Assembly (NCBI GenBank): GCA_038227875.1
Contig: JBBRPR010000008.1
Coordinates: 128,001 to 192,000 of the forward strand
Direction: 5' to 3'
Source: Planctomycetota bacterium
GTDB lineage: Bacteria > Planctomycetota > SZUA-567 > H5-PLA8
DNA: 64,000 nucleotides
In this document: positions 1 through 10,842 of the stretch, one piece after another
How the letters are laid out: each line of letters starts with the position of its first letter
Numbering within the stretch: the first letter of the stretch is position 1
Made by a program: the position numbers and the translations under genes
The notes under the pieces: generated by a model
The model's input: only the letters and a program-made list of their open reading frames with translations
What the model was told of the DNA's origin: nothing
Databases searched by the model: none

Positions 1-3000
1 GAAACGGTCGACGCCGGTGGGGAAGACGTAGAGCACCTTCTTATCCGGCGAGAGGGAGATGCGGTCGTAGATGCTCCATTTTTCGCGCGACGGTGCTTTG
101 AACTGAACGCTGCTGATCATGTTGCCGGCGTGCGCATCATAAGAGGTGAAGTACGCGGGCTGATCGTTGCCGTACATCTGGACGATGTTGAGCGCTTCGC
201 CCTGGAACGAGAGCGCGGTGACGAAGCGGTTGCCGCGTTCGTTGGACCACAGTTCCTTGCCGCTGCGGATGTCGTATACGAACAGACCTTCGCCGCCGAT
301 GATCGCCACGGCGTCTTCACTGAGCGCCAGGTTCTGGAGCCACGTCGCGTTGCCGCGCGTGCGGCGCTTGCGATCGCGGGGCACGCCAGTGCGCCAGAGC
401 GGCTGGCCGGAATCCCGATCAAAGAACGTGATCTGCTGCGAGTTGGCGACGCAGACGGTCGTGGCGTTGGTCTGGATGGACGTCATCCCCGGACCGGCGT
501 ACGACTGCCAGAGGACCTCAAACTTCGGTGAGAGGCGCAGCATGTAAATGGACGTGCCGGTGTACGCCAGGAAACGATCCTGGGGGCCGTCGGCGGGGAA
601 GCACGTCATTGCGCTTTCGCCTTCGAGCTGCCACGCAAACGAGAGCGCGCCTTGCAACCCTTGCGGCGGAGCGGCCGGTGGCGGTCCGGGCTGGCCGGTG
701 CGGGCGTGAAGAACTTCGGCCAGGGTGTCGCGCGAGACGCGCCACTGTTCGGACGGCAGGTCGAGCATTGCGGGTTTGCCGGCCAGCACGCGGTCGACGT
801 CGCCCTGGCCTTCTTCCTTGTGACCCATGCGTTCGAGCGCTCGAATGCGGTCGTTGAGCGCCAGCACGGAGACGTCGACATCGGACGATTGTTCGGCTTT
901 GGCGTAGAGCGACGCTGCGGCATCGAATTTTCCAGCCGCCGACGCGACGCGGGCTTCCTGCACGGGCAGTTCGACTTTCGGCGAGCCGACCGCGCCGATG
1001 GCCGCGACGCTGCGGCCGTTGACGCCGATGACGGCGGTGTTGGTAATCGTCAGGTTGCCCAGCGGTCCGACGCGCGGATCCCACGCGTAGATGGTCTGCA
1101 CTTTTCCGGTTTTTGCATCGACCAGATGGAGGTGATCTTCCGTCGGCAGGTAGATGATCTCGCCGGAGATTCCCGGCTGGCCGTAGATCGATTCGCCGCT
1201 GGGGGCGTACTCCCAGGCCGTCGAGCCGTCCTTGATCTGGATGGCGCGAATCGCGTTGCCCACGGTGATCACATTGCCGTTGCAGATGCCGGCGAGGTAC
1301 GGCGCGTCGAGCAGTTCGTCTTCCCACTTCACCGAGCCGTTGGCGCGGTCAAAGGCGATCAATCCGGGCGCGTCCTTGGGTGCGACAAGAATGGTGTCGG
1401 GCGTCACGATCGGAGAAACCGGACCGCGCGACAGCAGCTTCAACGTACGCAGCCTCACATTGGTTCCGGAATTGGAATTGCCAACGTCCCAATTGCCGAT
1501 GTGGGCGCGCGGGTAGCCGGAGAGCCAGATCACTTCGCCGGTGAGCGCGTTGAGTGCGGCCAGCGAACCCAGTCCGGTGATCGCGTAGACGACGCGTTCG
1601 TCGGCCGCGGCGGGGCCCAGTTGCATCGTTGAGCCGAAGTATTCGCCCTGCACTTCAATCCCGGTGCCGCCGGTGGCCAGCGCGTGCTTCCAGCGCAGGC
1701 GGCCGGTCACGGCATCCAGCGCGGCGACGCCGTGGCAATTCAAGTCGGCTGGTTCGAGATAGCAGGCGATGCACAGTCCGTAGGCGATCAGCGGGTCGTT
1801 GATCCAGACGGCGTTGCGCAGTTCGGGAATGTCGGCGGTGTTCCAGAGCACTTTTCCGCTGTCTGCGGCGATGCATTGCAGCGCCGAATGTTTTCCCAAC
1901 AGCGCGCGCGCATAGACACGGCCTTCAGAGACCGTCGGGCAGCTGACGGGGAAACCGGTGAAGCGGCCGGGGACCAATGAACCGCTGGACGGCCATGTGG
2001 CCTGCCAGAGATTCCGGCCGGTCTGCAATTCGATCGCCTGCATTGATTCCATCGTGGTGATGTACGCGTTGCCGCCGGAGACGGCGGGGAACGGCTGAAG
2101 ATGGACGAACGGATCGGGCACAAAGCGCCAGCGCGCCACGTCCATGGAGGCCGATGGCGGCAGGGGTCGCACCCAGGAGACTTCGCCGGGCTTGGGCGCC
2201 GGCGATCCCGCGGGCGGGCCGCGGCGCTGCGTGTTGCCCAGATGTGTTTCCGTTGGCGCGTCGCTGTTCTTCTGTTGCGTCGCGGCGACACGTTCAATGT
2301 CGCCGTTGAGGACCTTCGCGTACTGCGCGCCGGTGACCGACTGGCCGCCGACGGTGAACGACTGTCCGGCGAATTCGCCGTTCAGCGTATCCAGCGCCGC
2401 GCGCGCGGAAACGATCTGGCCGGAGCGCAGCAGCGCGCGCACGGTCTTGGCGGCAAGCATCGCCGGAGAAATTCCCGATTCGGTCGAGCCGCGGTTCTGA
2501 CGCGCCAGCGCACGGAAGGCCGACGCTGCCTGCTGCGCGTCGCCACGGTCGAAGTAGAGATTTCCCGCGAGGTTCAGCGCCTGCATCGCAGCGGGCGTGT
2601 ACTGGTATTCGGCAGCGACGTTTTCCAGCGCCACGACGTCCTTGTTGCGCGCGGCGGTACGGAACGCCTGGTCGGAACTTCCCGCGACGGTCTTGAGGTA
2701 GACGTCGCGGGCATCGTCGTTGAGCGCCGAAATGAAAGCGCGAACGTATTCGCGCACACCGACCAGCCGCGGAAAGAAGCGCGAGTCGGAGATGCTGATC
2801 AGGCTGTCGGAGTTGGAGCGGATCATTTCGCCGAATTTGCTCATCGCTTTTTCGATGTCGGCGGGATCGCCAGTCTTCATCAAACGCGAACCGACGTCGA
2901 CGGCAGCTTGCGCGTCGTCGGCGGTGGAGTAGATCAGGCGGTCGGGCATGTACTTTCGGGAGTAAGCGAGGCCGGGCGCGGCGAAGCGGAAGTTATCCGA

Positions 3001-6000
3001 CGACTGTGGGTACTCGCGGATGGCGCGCTCGAAAAACGCGCGGCTGGCCTGCGTCTGCGCAAAATCCTGCCGCAGGATGCCGCGCCAGACCAGCGCACTG
3101 CCGGTGCCGGCGAAGAAGTCTGGATAGCTGGCGATGAAATCGCGCAGCACTTCGTCGGCGGCCGCGGTTTCACCGCAGTTGACCAGCGAATCATAGGTCT
3201 GGTTGGTGGCATACCAGATCTGGCCCATCTGGTCGCCGAAAGAGGAACTGGTTTCAATGCGCCGCAGCAGATACTTGTAAGCGTTGGCCGCTTCCGCCTG
3301 CTGGCCGGTGCGCTTTAGATAATCGTACGAAAGGTACGAACAGGCCCAGCGCAAATCCGGGCGGACGAAAACCGCGGAGAGCGATTCTCCAAAGTCGCGC
3401 AGCACGCCCGGCGGAACCTTGTACTGGCAGAAATTCAGCAGCCACGAGGCATCGCCCCAGTTGGTGAAGAGGTACGCCGGGTTGGGAAACTCGCGCTGGA
3501 TCCACGCCATGCGCAGCAGATGGATCGCCAGTTCCGGTTCGGTATCGACGCGCACGCGGAAGATGAAGTTGTCATCGCCGGGCGGCGCCAGACGCATCAG
3601 AATGCGGTGCGGACCCTTCGTGAGTTCAATCGGCACGCGGTACCCATCGATGTTCAGTCCGTCTTCGCCGCGCGATGCAATCTGCTTGCCGTCGAGCCAC
3701 GCGACCCAGGCCGCGCGCGCCGAGGCGATGAAAAACGTCTTCTTCGCTTGCGGCGCTTCAAAGTCGAGCGCCGTGTATGCGACGCCGCTGCCGCCCCGGC
3801 AATCGCCGATGACCGCCTTGATGTTCAATCCGCCGTCGGCGCTGCACTTGGCCGGGTCCATCTCCACCCAGGCCTTTTCGCCGCCGCGACCAGGATGCTT
3901 GGCGTTTAGATCCGGATTCTTTTCAGGACCGGGCGGATTCTTCGGGTCGTAGTCGAAGGGCCCGATCGCTTTCCAATTGCCGTTGCCGATCTGCCGGGTG
4001 TCGCCGACCGCTTCGCCGAAGGGTTTCCACAGTTCACCACGGACCTGATCGTTAAGATCGCGCGGCTTGTTTGTTTTCGGATCGATGCTGACCGAAGGCA
4101 GCGTGAAGGCCCGCGTCAACGCCAGGTACGGCGCGGTCTCCGGATCCGACGCGGCCATGGAAAGCAGTGCCGCGCCCCAGAATCCGGCCAGCGCGCGTTC
4201 GTGACGGCCGGCCTTCAGATCGGCTTCGGCTTCCGCCGTCCATGCCTGAACCTGCGGGTTGGTCGCGCCCGGCAGCACGGCCAGGCCTTTCCGGGCGGCC
4301 GCACATGCGGCGGTGAATTTCTCGGGCTCCATCTTTTCGCCGCGGTTGACGCGGTCGTATTCCATGCGGTAGCGGTTGAAGGCCGATTCGAACGCCGCCG
4401 TCGCCCGTTCCATCGGCGTCAGCGCGGGATTGTCGGCCAGCCGTTCCAAGGTTGCGAACTGGCGGTCGGTCAGTCCAGCCTCGCCCTGCGCGCCGGCCAG
4501 CAGGCGCATCGACCAATCGATCTGCTCGCCCCATGCGCCGCTGTCTTCGACCCATTTCTTCACGCGCGCTTCGGCGGCGTCGACTTTTCCGGAGAGCGTT
4601 TCGCCGGTGACGCAGGCGTCGAGCGCGATTTTCGAACCGCGGGCACGGCCGTATTTCGTGAGGTACTCGCCGCCGGTCGCCGCCAGGGCGTCCCAGTCAC
4701 GCAGCAGCGCCAGCAGCCGGATTTTTCCGGCGAAGGCTTCGACGCGCTGTTCATCGTTGGTGGCGAATTTCTCGATGCCCTTCTGCCATGCCGCGAGCGC
4801 CGCGGGAAAATTGTTGAGCTGCTGGTAGCGCCGGGCGATTTCGAAGAGCGCATCCGCGCCGCGCCAGTTGCCGGCTTCCTGCGGATGGAGTTCGATCAGC
4901 TTTTCCAGCGTCTTGATGCGGAAGCCCGGATCGGTACGGTCGACGCGGAGAAAAAATCCCCAGTCGCCGCGCGATTGAGCCGTCTTGACCTTGATCACAT
5001 TCCTGCCGCGGTTCATGTGCACCGGCACGCAGAACTTGTCCTTGCTCGCGCCGCGCATTTCGCGGCCGGCATCGCTGAAGACGACCTTGTTGTTGAGGTA
5101 GACGACCGCGCGGCCGTTGTCGTCGAAGAAGAGATTCGCAGGGCCGTCGTCGGGCCATTCGACTTCCGTGCGCGCCCACGCGATCACGGACGTGTTGAGT
5201 TCCAGAATTTCGCCCATGTCGACGTAGCAATTCTTGTCGTCGTCGGGACGCGACCATTGCGTCACGCGCAGCGATTTGCCGTTTTCGTCTTTCTGAGGTT
5301 TGGACCAGTCGTCGGTCGTATCCGGATCAAAGCCTTCCTTGCGTCCCCACATCGCGTAGTTGACATCGGGCCGCGGGCCGAGCACGGTCCAGTTCTTCGG
5401 CACGCCCATGGGCTCCAGGCTTTCTTCCGCCTGTTCCCAGTTGTCGCGCGCTTCCAGCTTCAGATCGTCGCCGGGGATGGTGTAGGGCGTGTCGCGCAGC
5501 GAAAAATTTCGGAAGGTGGACGTGACGAGGTCCTTCGCGCCGTCCGGGTAGTAGTCGTTGCAGAGATCCGGCCGCGCATCCTTGTTCGTCTTCTCGCCGG
5601 ACCAGCCGCGCCCGAGCAGGATCTTCGGCGGCGCGACGCCTTCCTTGCCGGGCCGTCCGCCGATGTCGCCCAGGCGTTGCCAGTTTTCGCCGTCCATGCT
5701 CATGGAGACCAGGACGTTGCGCGTGGTCACCGTCAGTCGCAAGTAGACGCCATTCTTTTTGCTGTCCGGGACGATGTTGTAAAAATCGCGCGCCGAATCG
5801 ATGTTCTTGTTGGTCCAGCGCAGATGGAGATGGTTGTCGACGGAGAAGAGCAGGCTGACGTAGTTTGCGTTGTCCCAGTACAGATGCAAGCCGGGGTGGA
5901 TGACATAACCGGGCGTGGAAATACAGTAGACGCTCACTTCCAGCGGATTGGCGTCGGTGCCGACGATCTCGTTGGACCGCTTGAGCATGGCGTGGTTGCG

Positions 6001-6207
6001 CGGCTCGGATTTCAGCACCGCGCCGCCGGCTTCGACACTGACCGACCCGCCGGTTTTCTCGGCGCGGTCGACGATCCAGTTGGGGTGTTTGGGATCGGTG
6101 AGCGGATCCTTCACGTCCACGCCGAACGCCGCTGGCATCCAGGCTGCGGCGGTGAAGAAAGCGAGCAGGAAATACAAACGTGTGGCGCGGAAGCGGGTCA
6201 TGTGCAT
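1..6207 (-). CDS. Very large secreted protein (>2069 aa, 3' end outside window) with PA14/CBM-like beta-sandwich modules, TPR-like helical regions and PQQ-like (BamB-type) beta-propeller repeats
   Basis: Manual translation from ATG at 6207 (alternative 6201): MHMTRFRATRLYFLLAFFTAAAWMPAAFG signal peptide. Propeller motifs such as AALDAVTGRLRW, AALNALTGEVIW, AFDRANGSVKW and YDIRSGKELW. The + strand ORFs at 130, 652, 2101, 3520 and 4201 are all its in-register antisense shadows. Absence from the ORF track is consistent with no stop before the edge. Confidence 0.85.
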   Translation of the reverse strand, partial: MHMTRFRATRLYFLLAFFTAAAWMPAAFGVDVKDPLTDPKHPNWIVDRAEKTGGSVSVEAGGAVLKSEPRNHAMLKRSNEIVGTDANPLEVSVYCISTPGYVIHPGLHLYWDNANYVSLLFSVDNHLHLRWTNKNIDSARDFYNIVPDSKKNGVYLRLTVTTRNVLVSMSMDGENWQRLGDIGGRPGKEGVAPPKILLGRGWSGEKTNKDARPDLCNDYYPDGAKDLVTSTFRNFSLRDTPYTIPGDDLKLEARDNWEQAEESLEPMGVPKNWTVLGPRPDVNYAMWGRKEGFDPDTTDDWSKPQKDENGKSLRVTQWSRPDDDKNCYVDMGEILELNTSVIAWARTEVEWPDDGPANLFFDDNGRAVVYLNNKVVFSDAGREMRGASKDKFCVPVHMNRGRNVIKVKTAQSRGDWGFFLRVDRTDPGFRIKTLEKLIELHPQEAGNWRGADALFEIARRYQQLNNFPAALAAWQKGIEKFATNDEQRVEAFAGKIRLLALLRDWDALAATGGEYLTKYGRARGSKIALDACVTGETLSGKVDAAEARVKKWVEDSGAWGEQIDWSMRLLAGAQGEAGLTDRQFATLERLADNPALTPMERATAAFESAFNRYRMEYDRVNRGEKMEPEKFTAACAAARKGLAVLPGATNPQVQAWTAEAEADLKAGRHERALAGFWGAALLSMAASDPETAPYLALTRAFTLPSVSIDPKTNKPRDLNDQVRGELWKPFGEAVGDTRQIGNGNWKAIGPFDYDPKNPPGPEKNPDLNAKHPGRGGEKAWVEMDPAKCSADGGLNIKAVIGDCRGGSGVAYTALDFEAPQAKKTFFIASARAAWVAWLDGKQIASRGEDGLNIDGYRVPIELTKGPHRILMRLAPPGDDNFIFRVRVDTEPELAIHLLRMAWIQREFPNPAYLFTNWGDASWLLNFCQYKVPPGVLRDFGESLSAVFVRPDLRWACSYLSYDYLKRTGQQAEAANAYKYLLRRIETSSSFGDQMGQIWYATNQTYDSLVNCGETAAADEVLRDFIASYPDFFAGTGSALVWRGILRQDFAQTQASRAFFERAIREYPQSSDNFRFAAPGLAYSRKYMPDRLIYSTADDAQAAVDVGSRLMKTGDPADIEKAMSKFGEMIRSNSDSLISISDSRFFPRLVGVREYVRAFISALNDDARDVYLKTVAGSSDQAFRTAARNKDVVALENVAAEYQYTPAAMQALNLAGNLYFDRGDAQQAASAFRALARQNRGSTESGISPAMLAAKTVRALLRSGQIVSARAALDTLNGEFAGQSFTVGGQSVTGAQYAKVLNGDIERVAATQQKNSDAPTETHLGNTQRRGPPAGSPAPKPGEVSWVRPLPPSASMDVARWRFVPDPFVHLQPFPAVSGGNAYITTMESMQAIELQTGRNLWQATWPSSGSLVPGRFTGFPVSCPTVSEGRVYARALLGKHSALQCIAADSGKVLWNTADIPELRNAVWINDPLIAYGLCIACYLEPADLNCHGVAALDAVTGRLRWKHALATGGTGIEVQGEYFGSTMQLGPAAADERVVYAITGLGSLAALNALTGEVIWLSGYPRAHIGNWDVGNSNSGTNVRLRTLKLLSRGPVSPIVTPDTILVAPKDAPGLIAFDRANGSVKWEDELLDAPYLAGICNGNVITVGNAIRAIQIKDGSTAWEYAPSGESIYGQPGISGEIIYLPTEDHLHLVDAKTGKVQTIYAWDPRVGPLGNLTITNTAVIGVNGRSVAAIGAVGSPKVELPVQEARVASAAGKFDAAASLYAKAEQSSDVDVSVLALNDRIRALERMGHKEEGQGDVDRVLAGKPAMLDLPSEQWRVSRDTLAEVLHARTGQPGPPPAAPPQGLQGALSFAWQLEGESAMTCFPADGPQDRFLAYTGTSIYMLRLSPKFEVLWQSYAGPGMTSIQTNATTVCVANSQQITFFDRDSGQPLWRTGVPRDRKRRTRGNATWLQNLALSEDAVAIIGGEGLFVYDIRSGKELWSNERGNRFVTALSFQGEALNIVQMYGNDQPAYFTSYDAHAGNMISSVQFKAPSREKWSIYDRISLSPDKKVLYVFPTGVDRF

Positions 6208-6399
6208 GGGCGGGTATTTACGTCTCCAAGTGCTGATGCGCGGCCGGCTGGCGGAACGATCACTCTCATGCATTTTTACTGTAATGGCTTGCGACGCAAC
6301 TAAATACACCTTTGCACGGCGCCCGTTGCCATTTTTTCGCGTAATCCGCGATTAAAGAGGGTATATAAGTCTCCCCACAAACCCGGATGCCAGATACAC

Positions 6400-9237
6400 A
6401 TGCATAAATTGACCACCCTTGTTTTCGGCCTCGTTTTGATCCTTGTCAGGTGTGCCGCCTATGGCGCCGAGCTCGAGGCGCCGCCGGCTGCTTTGGACGG
6501 CCTCGTCGGTACCGATGCCGTGGTGCGCATTTCCGTCGGCAAACGCGAACTCTTCAGCTTCTCGCCCGGGGCTTTTGAGAAGGGCTGGAAAGGCATCGGC
6601 GCGTCGGCGTCGAAGGACAAACCGACCGATGCCAGGCAGCATTTTACGATTCACACCTCGTCCGGTGCGGCGATCAATGGCTCATTGGAAGTAGGGACGG
6701 ATGCGCCCGGAGCGACGCAGTTCAGTTACGAATTTACGCCCAGCGCCGACGTGGAGCTCAATTCGCTTCACGTCAGCATCGACTTTCCGGCCGCGGTCCT
6801 CGCTGGCGGAAAATGGACGGCCGACGACAAGAGCGGCGACTTCCCACAGGAACTCAAAGAAGTCGCCCTGACCGCCGGCCCGGTGCAAAAACTCAGTGCC
6901 ACGTTGCCCAGTGGCGCGGTGCTCTCGTTTGCGTTCGCCGAAGCGACCCCGGTGCTCCTGCAGGACAACCGCAAGTGGGGTCCGACGTTCTGCATCCGCA
7001 TCGGGCCGCAGGGCGATGGCAAGCAGTTCAAAAAGGGCGAGGCGGTGAAGTTTGGTTTTGCCTTGAGCGTGAAACCGGGACTGAAAATGAGCATCGATAG
7101 CCCCGTGGTACTCGTGGCCGGACCCGATTGGATTCCGCTCAATCTTGATCAGGAAATCGAAGCCGGCTCGGCGCTCGACTTTTCGAAATTTGGTTTCCAG
7201 GACGCCCCGGCCGGCAAGCATGGCCGTGTGATCGCCACGGCCGACGGCCAGTTCGCGTACGAAGACAGCCCGAAAGTCGGGCAGCGCTTTTACGGGATCA
7301 ATCTCTGCTTCACCGCGCAGTTCCTCCCGCACGAGCAGTCCGATCAGCTCGCCGACCGGTTGGTGAAGCTGGGCTACAACGCCGTGCGCATCCACCATTA
7401 CGAACGCGAACTGACGACGGGCCAGGCGGTCTCGACGGCGCTGAATCCCGAGAAGCTCGATCAGCTCGACTACTTGATCGCGGCGTTCAAGAAGCGCGGC
7501 ATTTACGTCACGACCGACCTCTTTGTTTCGCGGCCGGTGAAGTGGAAGGACATTGGTATCGACAAACCTGACACGGTACCGATGGACACGTTCAAGATTC
7601 TCGTCCCGGTTGTGCCCGCCGCGTACGACAACTGGAAAGCGTTCACGAAAGCGCTGCTCGAGCACGTCAATCCGTACACAAAAGTGAGCTACGCCGAAGA
7701 GCCGTCGATTGCGTGGCTGTCGATGATCAACGAAGGCAACTTCGGCAATTTTGCGGGCGCGTTGCGTGACGTTCCGGAATGGAAAACGGCGTGGAATGCC
7801 TGGCTGGTCAAAAAATTCGCGGCGCGCGATGCATTGGCGAAGCAATGGGGCGCGGAACTGAAAGAGAACGAAGATCCGGCCGCAGGAACGGTTGCCCTGC
7901 CGGACAACATTTACGCTGGCGGCGCGCGTGTGGCGTCCAGCCTGCTCTTCTTTGGTGAACTCGACCGCGAAATGGTCGTGAAGATGAAAGCGTTCCTGCG
8001 CGACGAACTTAAGTGCAAGGCGCTGATCACCAATTCCAACGCGTGGACGCACTATCTGCCCTCGCAGATCGGGCGGCAGGAGTACGATTACGTCGACGAT
8101 CATTTCTACGTCGATCACCCCCAGTTCATCGAAAAGCCGTGGCAGCTGCCGTCGCGCTGCGACAATTCCAGCCCGATCGCATCCGGCGCGACCGGCGGCC
8201 GCAGCTGCGCTTTTACGCGCTACTACGGCAAGCCGTTCACGATCACCGAATTCAATTACTCCGCGCCCGGCCGTTACCGCGGTGTCGGCGGAATTCTGAC
8301 CGGCGCGCTGGCGTCGCTGCAAGGGTGGAGCGGAGTGTGGCGCTTCGCCTACAGCCACAACCGCGACAATCTCTTCAAGCCCTCGACGCTCGGCTACTTC
8401 GACATGGCTACCGATCCGCTCGGCCAGGCCGCCGAACGCGCGACGCTTTGTTTGTTCGTGCGCGGCGACATGAAGCCCGCGACCGAAAGCACCGAGCTGA
8501 CCATCGATACGGCCGCGTTGAACGCGCTCGATAAAATGCCCAATCTTTCTCCGAAGTGGAACTGGGCCGCGTGGGTCGAACGCGTCGGCACGCGACTGGC
8601 CGACAAAAAGCAGGATCAGGCGCTGGCCGCCAATGTCAGCGCCGGTTCGCTGCTGTCCGTGAAGCCGGGAACCACGGATATCGAAGTGCGCAAGGACGCG
8701 CCCGGCGCGGGCAAATCCGATCCGTCGAAAAACATTTTCCAGAGCCAGACCCGCGAGTTGCTCATCGATGGCGGCGCCGACACCATGGTCCTCGACACGC
8801 CGAAGACCGCCGGCGGCTTCGCTCCCGCCGGAAAGACTGTCGAGACTGCCGATCACCGCGTGGTGATTGGAATGCAGGGAGTCGAAGCCACCGTGTGGCT
8901 TAGCGCGCTCGACGACAAACCGCTGACCGAGAGCGGCCGCGTCCTGGTGACGCATCTGACGGATCTGCAAAACACGGAAATCCACTACGCGGAGAAAGCC
9001 TGCAAGACGCTGCAGGCGTGGGGCAAGCTCCCGCATCTGGTCCGCGCGGGCAAGGCTGAAGTGAAGTTCAAGCGCGCCGACGCCGCGACGCTGAAGGTCT
9101 GGGCGCTCTCCACGAGCGGCAAGCGGATCTTCGAAGTCGCCGCGAAGTCCGACGACGGCACGCTGACCTTCACCGCCGACGTCGCCGAACGCGCCGCCGA
9201 ATTCGGCGCGCACTACTGTTACGAGATCGGCCACTAA
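6400..9237 (+). CDS. Secreted glycoside hydrolase, clan GH-A (GH5-like)
   Basis: Signal peptide; GYNAVRIHH, LDYLIAAFKKRGIY, putative acid/base INEG and nucleophile ITEFN motifs. Confidence 0.75.
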   Translation: MHKLTTLVFGLVLILVRCAAYGAELEAPPAALDGLVGTDAVVRISVGKRELFSFSPGAFEKGWKGIGASASKDKPTDARQHFTIHTSSGAAINGSLEVGTDAPGATQFSYEFTPSADVELNSLHVSIDFPAAVLAGGKWTADDKSGDFPQELKEVALTAGPVQKLSATLPSGAVLSFAFAEATPVLLQDNRKWGPTFCIRIGPQGDGKQFKKGEAVKFGFALSVKPGLKMSIDSPVVLVAGPDWIPLNLDQEIEAGSALDFSKFGFQDAPAGKHGRVIATADGQFAYEDSPKVGQRFYGINLCFTAQFLPHEQSDQLADRLVKLGYNAVRIHHYERELTTGQAVSTALNPEKLDQLDYLIAAFKKRGIYVTTDLFVSRPVKWKDIGIDKPDTVPMDTFKILVPVVPAAYDNWKAFTKALLEHVNPYTKVSYAEEPSIAWLSMINEGNFGNFAGALRDVPEWKTAWNAWLVKKFAARDALAKQWGAELKENEDPAAGTVALPDNIYAGGARVASSLLFFGELDREMVVKMKAFLRDELKCKALITNSNAWTHYLPSQIGRQEYDYVDDHFYVDHPQFIEKPWQLPSRCDNSSPIASGATGGRSCAFTRYYGKPFTITEFNYSAPGRYRGVGGILTGALASLQGWSGVWRFAYSHNRDNLFKPSTLGYFDMATDPLGQAAERATLCLFVRGDMKPATESTELTIDTAALNALDKMPNLSPKWNWAAWVERVGTRLADKKQDQALAANVSAGSLLSVKPGTTDIEVRKDAPGAGKSDPSKNIFQSQTRELLIDGGADTMVLDTPKTAGGFAPAGKTVETADHRVVIGMQGVEATVWLSALDDKPLTESGRVLVTHLTDLQNTEIHYAEKACKTLQAWGKLPHLVRAGKAEVKFKRADAATLKVWALSTSGKRIFEVAAKSDDGTLTFTADVAERAAEFGAHYCYEIGH

Positions 9238-9270
9238 TCCTCTGCCTCGAGGGAGGGGAGAAGGGAGGCG

Positions 9271-10641
9271 CTACTTCAGCGCGCCGACTTTTGACTTCGC
9301 TTGTTTCGCGGCTTCGGTGTCGGGGAATTTTTCGATCAGTTCGGTCAGGATTTCCTTGGCTTCGTCGTTGGCGCCGTTGCTGATGTAATTGTTGGCGCGC
9401 TTCAGGAGCTTCTCCGCGTCGCCGGTATTTCTGGCGGCCAGCAGGCGTGGATCTTTCTTCAGGCGTTCGGCGGCGGCAGTCGCCGGAGACTTCTGCGTGC
9501 TCTCGGCGAATTCCTTTGCCACGCGTTCGTACGCGTCGGCGGCCTGCATCCATTTGCCGGCGGTTTCAAACGCTTGCGCGTCTTTCATCGCCTGGAGCGC
9601 CTTCGCTTCCAGCGCTTCCTTGCGGCGCGTTTCAGCGATGTCTTTCGTGGCGGGATCGGCGGCGATTTTGTCGGCCAGCGCTCGCGCGTCCGTGGCGACC
9701 GAGGTGCCGGGGTATTCGCGCTCGACTTTCAGCAGGGCTTCGACGGCGTCAGGACCCTTCAACGTTTTTGCGGCGTCGAACTTCGCGGCGAACTCTTTCT
9801 TCATGCCGTCGAGCAGCGTGCCGGCTTCCGTGGCGGAAAGTCCTTTGCCGGAGGCCACGGCGCTCAGTTCCTTCTCCGCGGACGCCCAATTCTTGGCGAT
9901 GAGCTGCTTCTTGGCTTCAGCCAGACGCGCTTGGCCGATCTTGTCGGCGGTGCTGTCAAAGAGGTCGAGCATCTTCTTGCACTCTTCGGGCGTGACGGTG
10001 TGCGGAATGTCTGGGTCTTCGGTCACCAGGTTAAACTTCATCTTGGTGAGCAGGTCGACGGTTTCCTTGTAGAACGCGTGATTGGGATCCTGCTTGCCGA
10101 TCGCGAAATAAATCGCTGTGTTGGGCACGGCCTTCTCGAGGTCCTTCTTGTTCACGAAATTTTCGACGACCTGCGCGGTGCCGCCGTAGCAAGCGAACAT
10201 GTCGGGATGTTTGGAAAGGACGAGAAAGCCGATGGCGCAGCCGGCGGAATGTCCGGTCAGCAACACGCGCTTGCGATCGGCGCCATAGGTTTTGATGCAC
10301 TCTTCCACGGTCGCGGCGACGCGCACTTCGTCTTCGCCGGACCACGAATACCCCGGCCCCATCTTCGCGGAACCTTCCGGCACGGCGAGAATCGCTTCGC
10401 GGTTGCCGAGCCACGACGTCCAGCAGCGCGCGTAATTTTCAGCGGTGTCGCCAGCGCCGTGCAACGAGACGATCAGTTCGTAAGTCTTCTTCGGATCGTG
10501 ACCTTTAGGGAGCACTAAGATGTAGGAACCTTTGCCGTCGGCGAGTTCCTTCTTCTGCGGCGCGTCGTGCGCGGCGAAGGTTGAAGACATCCACGCCACT
10601 ACGCAGACCATTGCAAAGCGAGACGCGTGCGGAGTTTTCAT
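9271..10641 (-). CDS. Secreted alpha/beta-hydrolase (carboxylesterase/phospholipase-like) with C-terminal TPR-like helical region
   Basis: LIVSLHGAG, nucleophile elbow GHSAG, GKQD Asp and PHT His; C-terminal AKEILTELIEKFPDTEAA TPR-like repeat. Confidence 0.8.
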   Translation of the reverse strand: MKTPHASRFAMVCVVAWMSSTFAAHDAPQKKELADGKGSYILVLPKGHDPKKTYELIVSLHGAGDTAENYARCWTSWLGNREAILAVPEGSAKMGPGYSWSGEDEVRVAATVEECIKTYGADRKRVLLTGHSAGCAIGFLVLSKHPDMFACYGGTAQVVENFVNKKDLEKAVPNTAIYFAIGKQDPNHAFYKETVDLLTKMKFNLVTEDPDIPHTVTPEECKKMLDLFDSTADKIGQARLAEAKKQLIAKNWASAEKELSAVASGKGLSATEAGTLLDGMKKEFAAKFDAAKTLKGPDAVEALLKVEREYPGTSVATDARALADKIAADPATKDIAETRRKEALEAKALQAMKDAQAFETAGKWMQAADAYERVAKEFAESTQKSPATAAAERLKKDPRLLAARNTGDAEKLLKRANNYISNGANDEAKEILTELIEKFPDTEAAKQAKSKVGALK

Positions 10642-10842
10642 ATCTGAAGTCCCGGAGCGGCCAGTTCAGGAGAGCACATGTGCCGCAGAAAAGACCCCGC
10701 CTGCCGTCGAGTGTTACGGGAAATTTTGTCGTAACGCGTTTAAATGATAGCAATATTGATTTTCACGGCTTAAGAGAATGTCGAGTGGCGGATGGATAGT
10801 ACTTTCTCTTTGTTGTGAGGCGTACTGGATAGGGGCGCAGGT

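Noticed and set aside
130..6303. Series of long + strand ORFs (130, 652, 2101, 3520, 4201)
   Set aside because: All share one register and are antisense shadows of the minus-strand giant gene; their translations have no recognisable motifs
6682..9234. 850-aa minus-strand ORF (and similar ones at 14540, 37338, 46415, 58027)
   Set aside because: Antisense to well-supported genes; expected from high-GC codon bias
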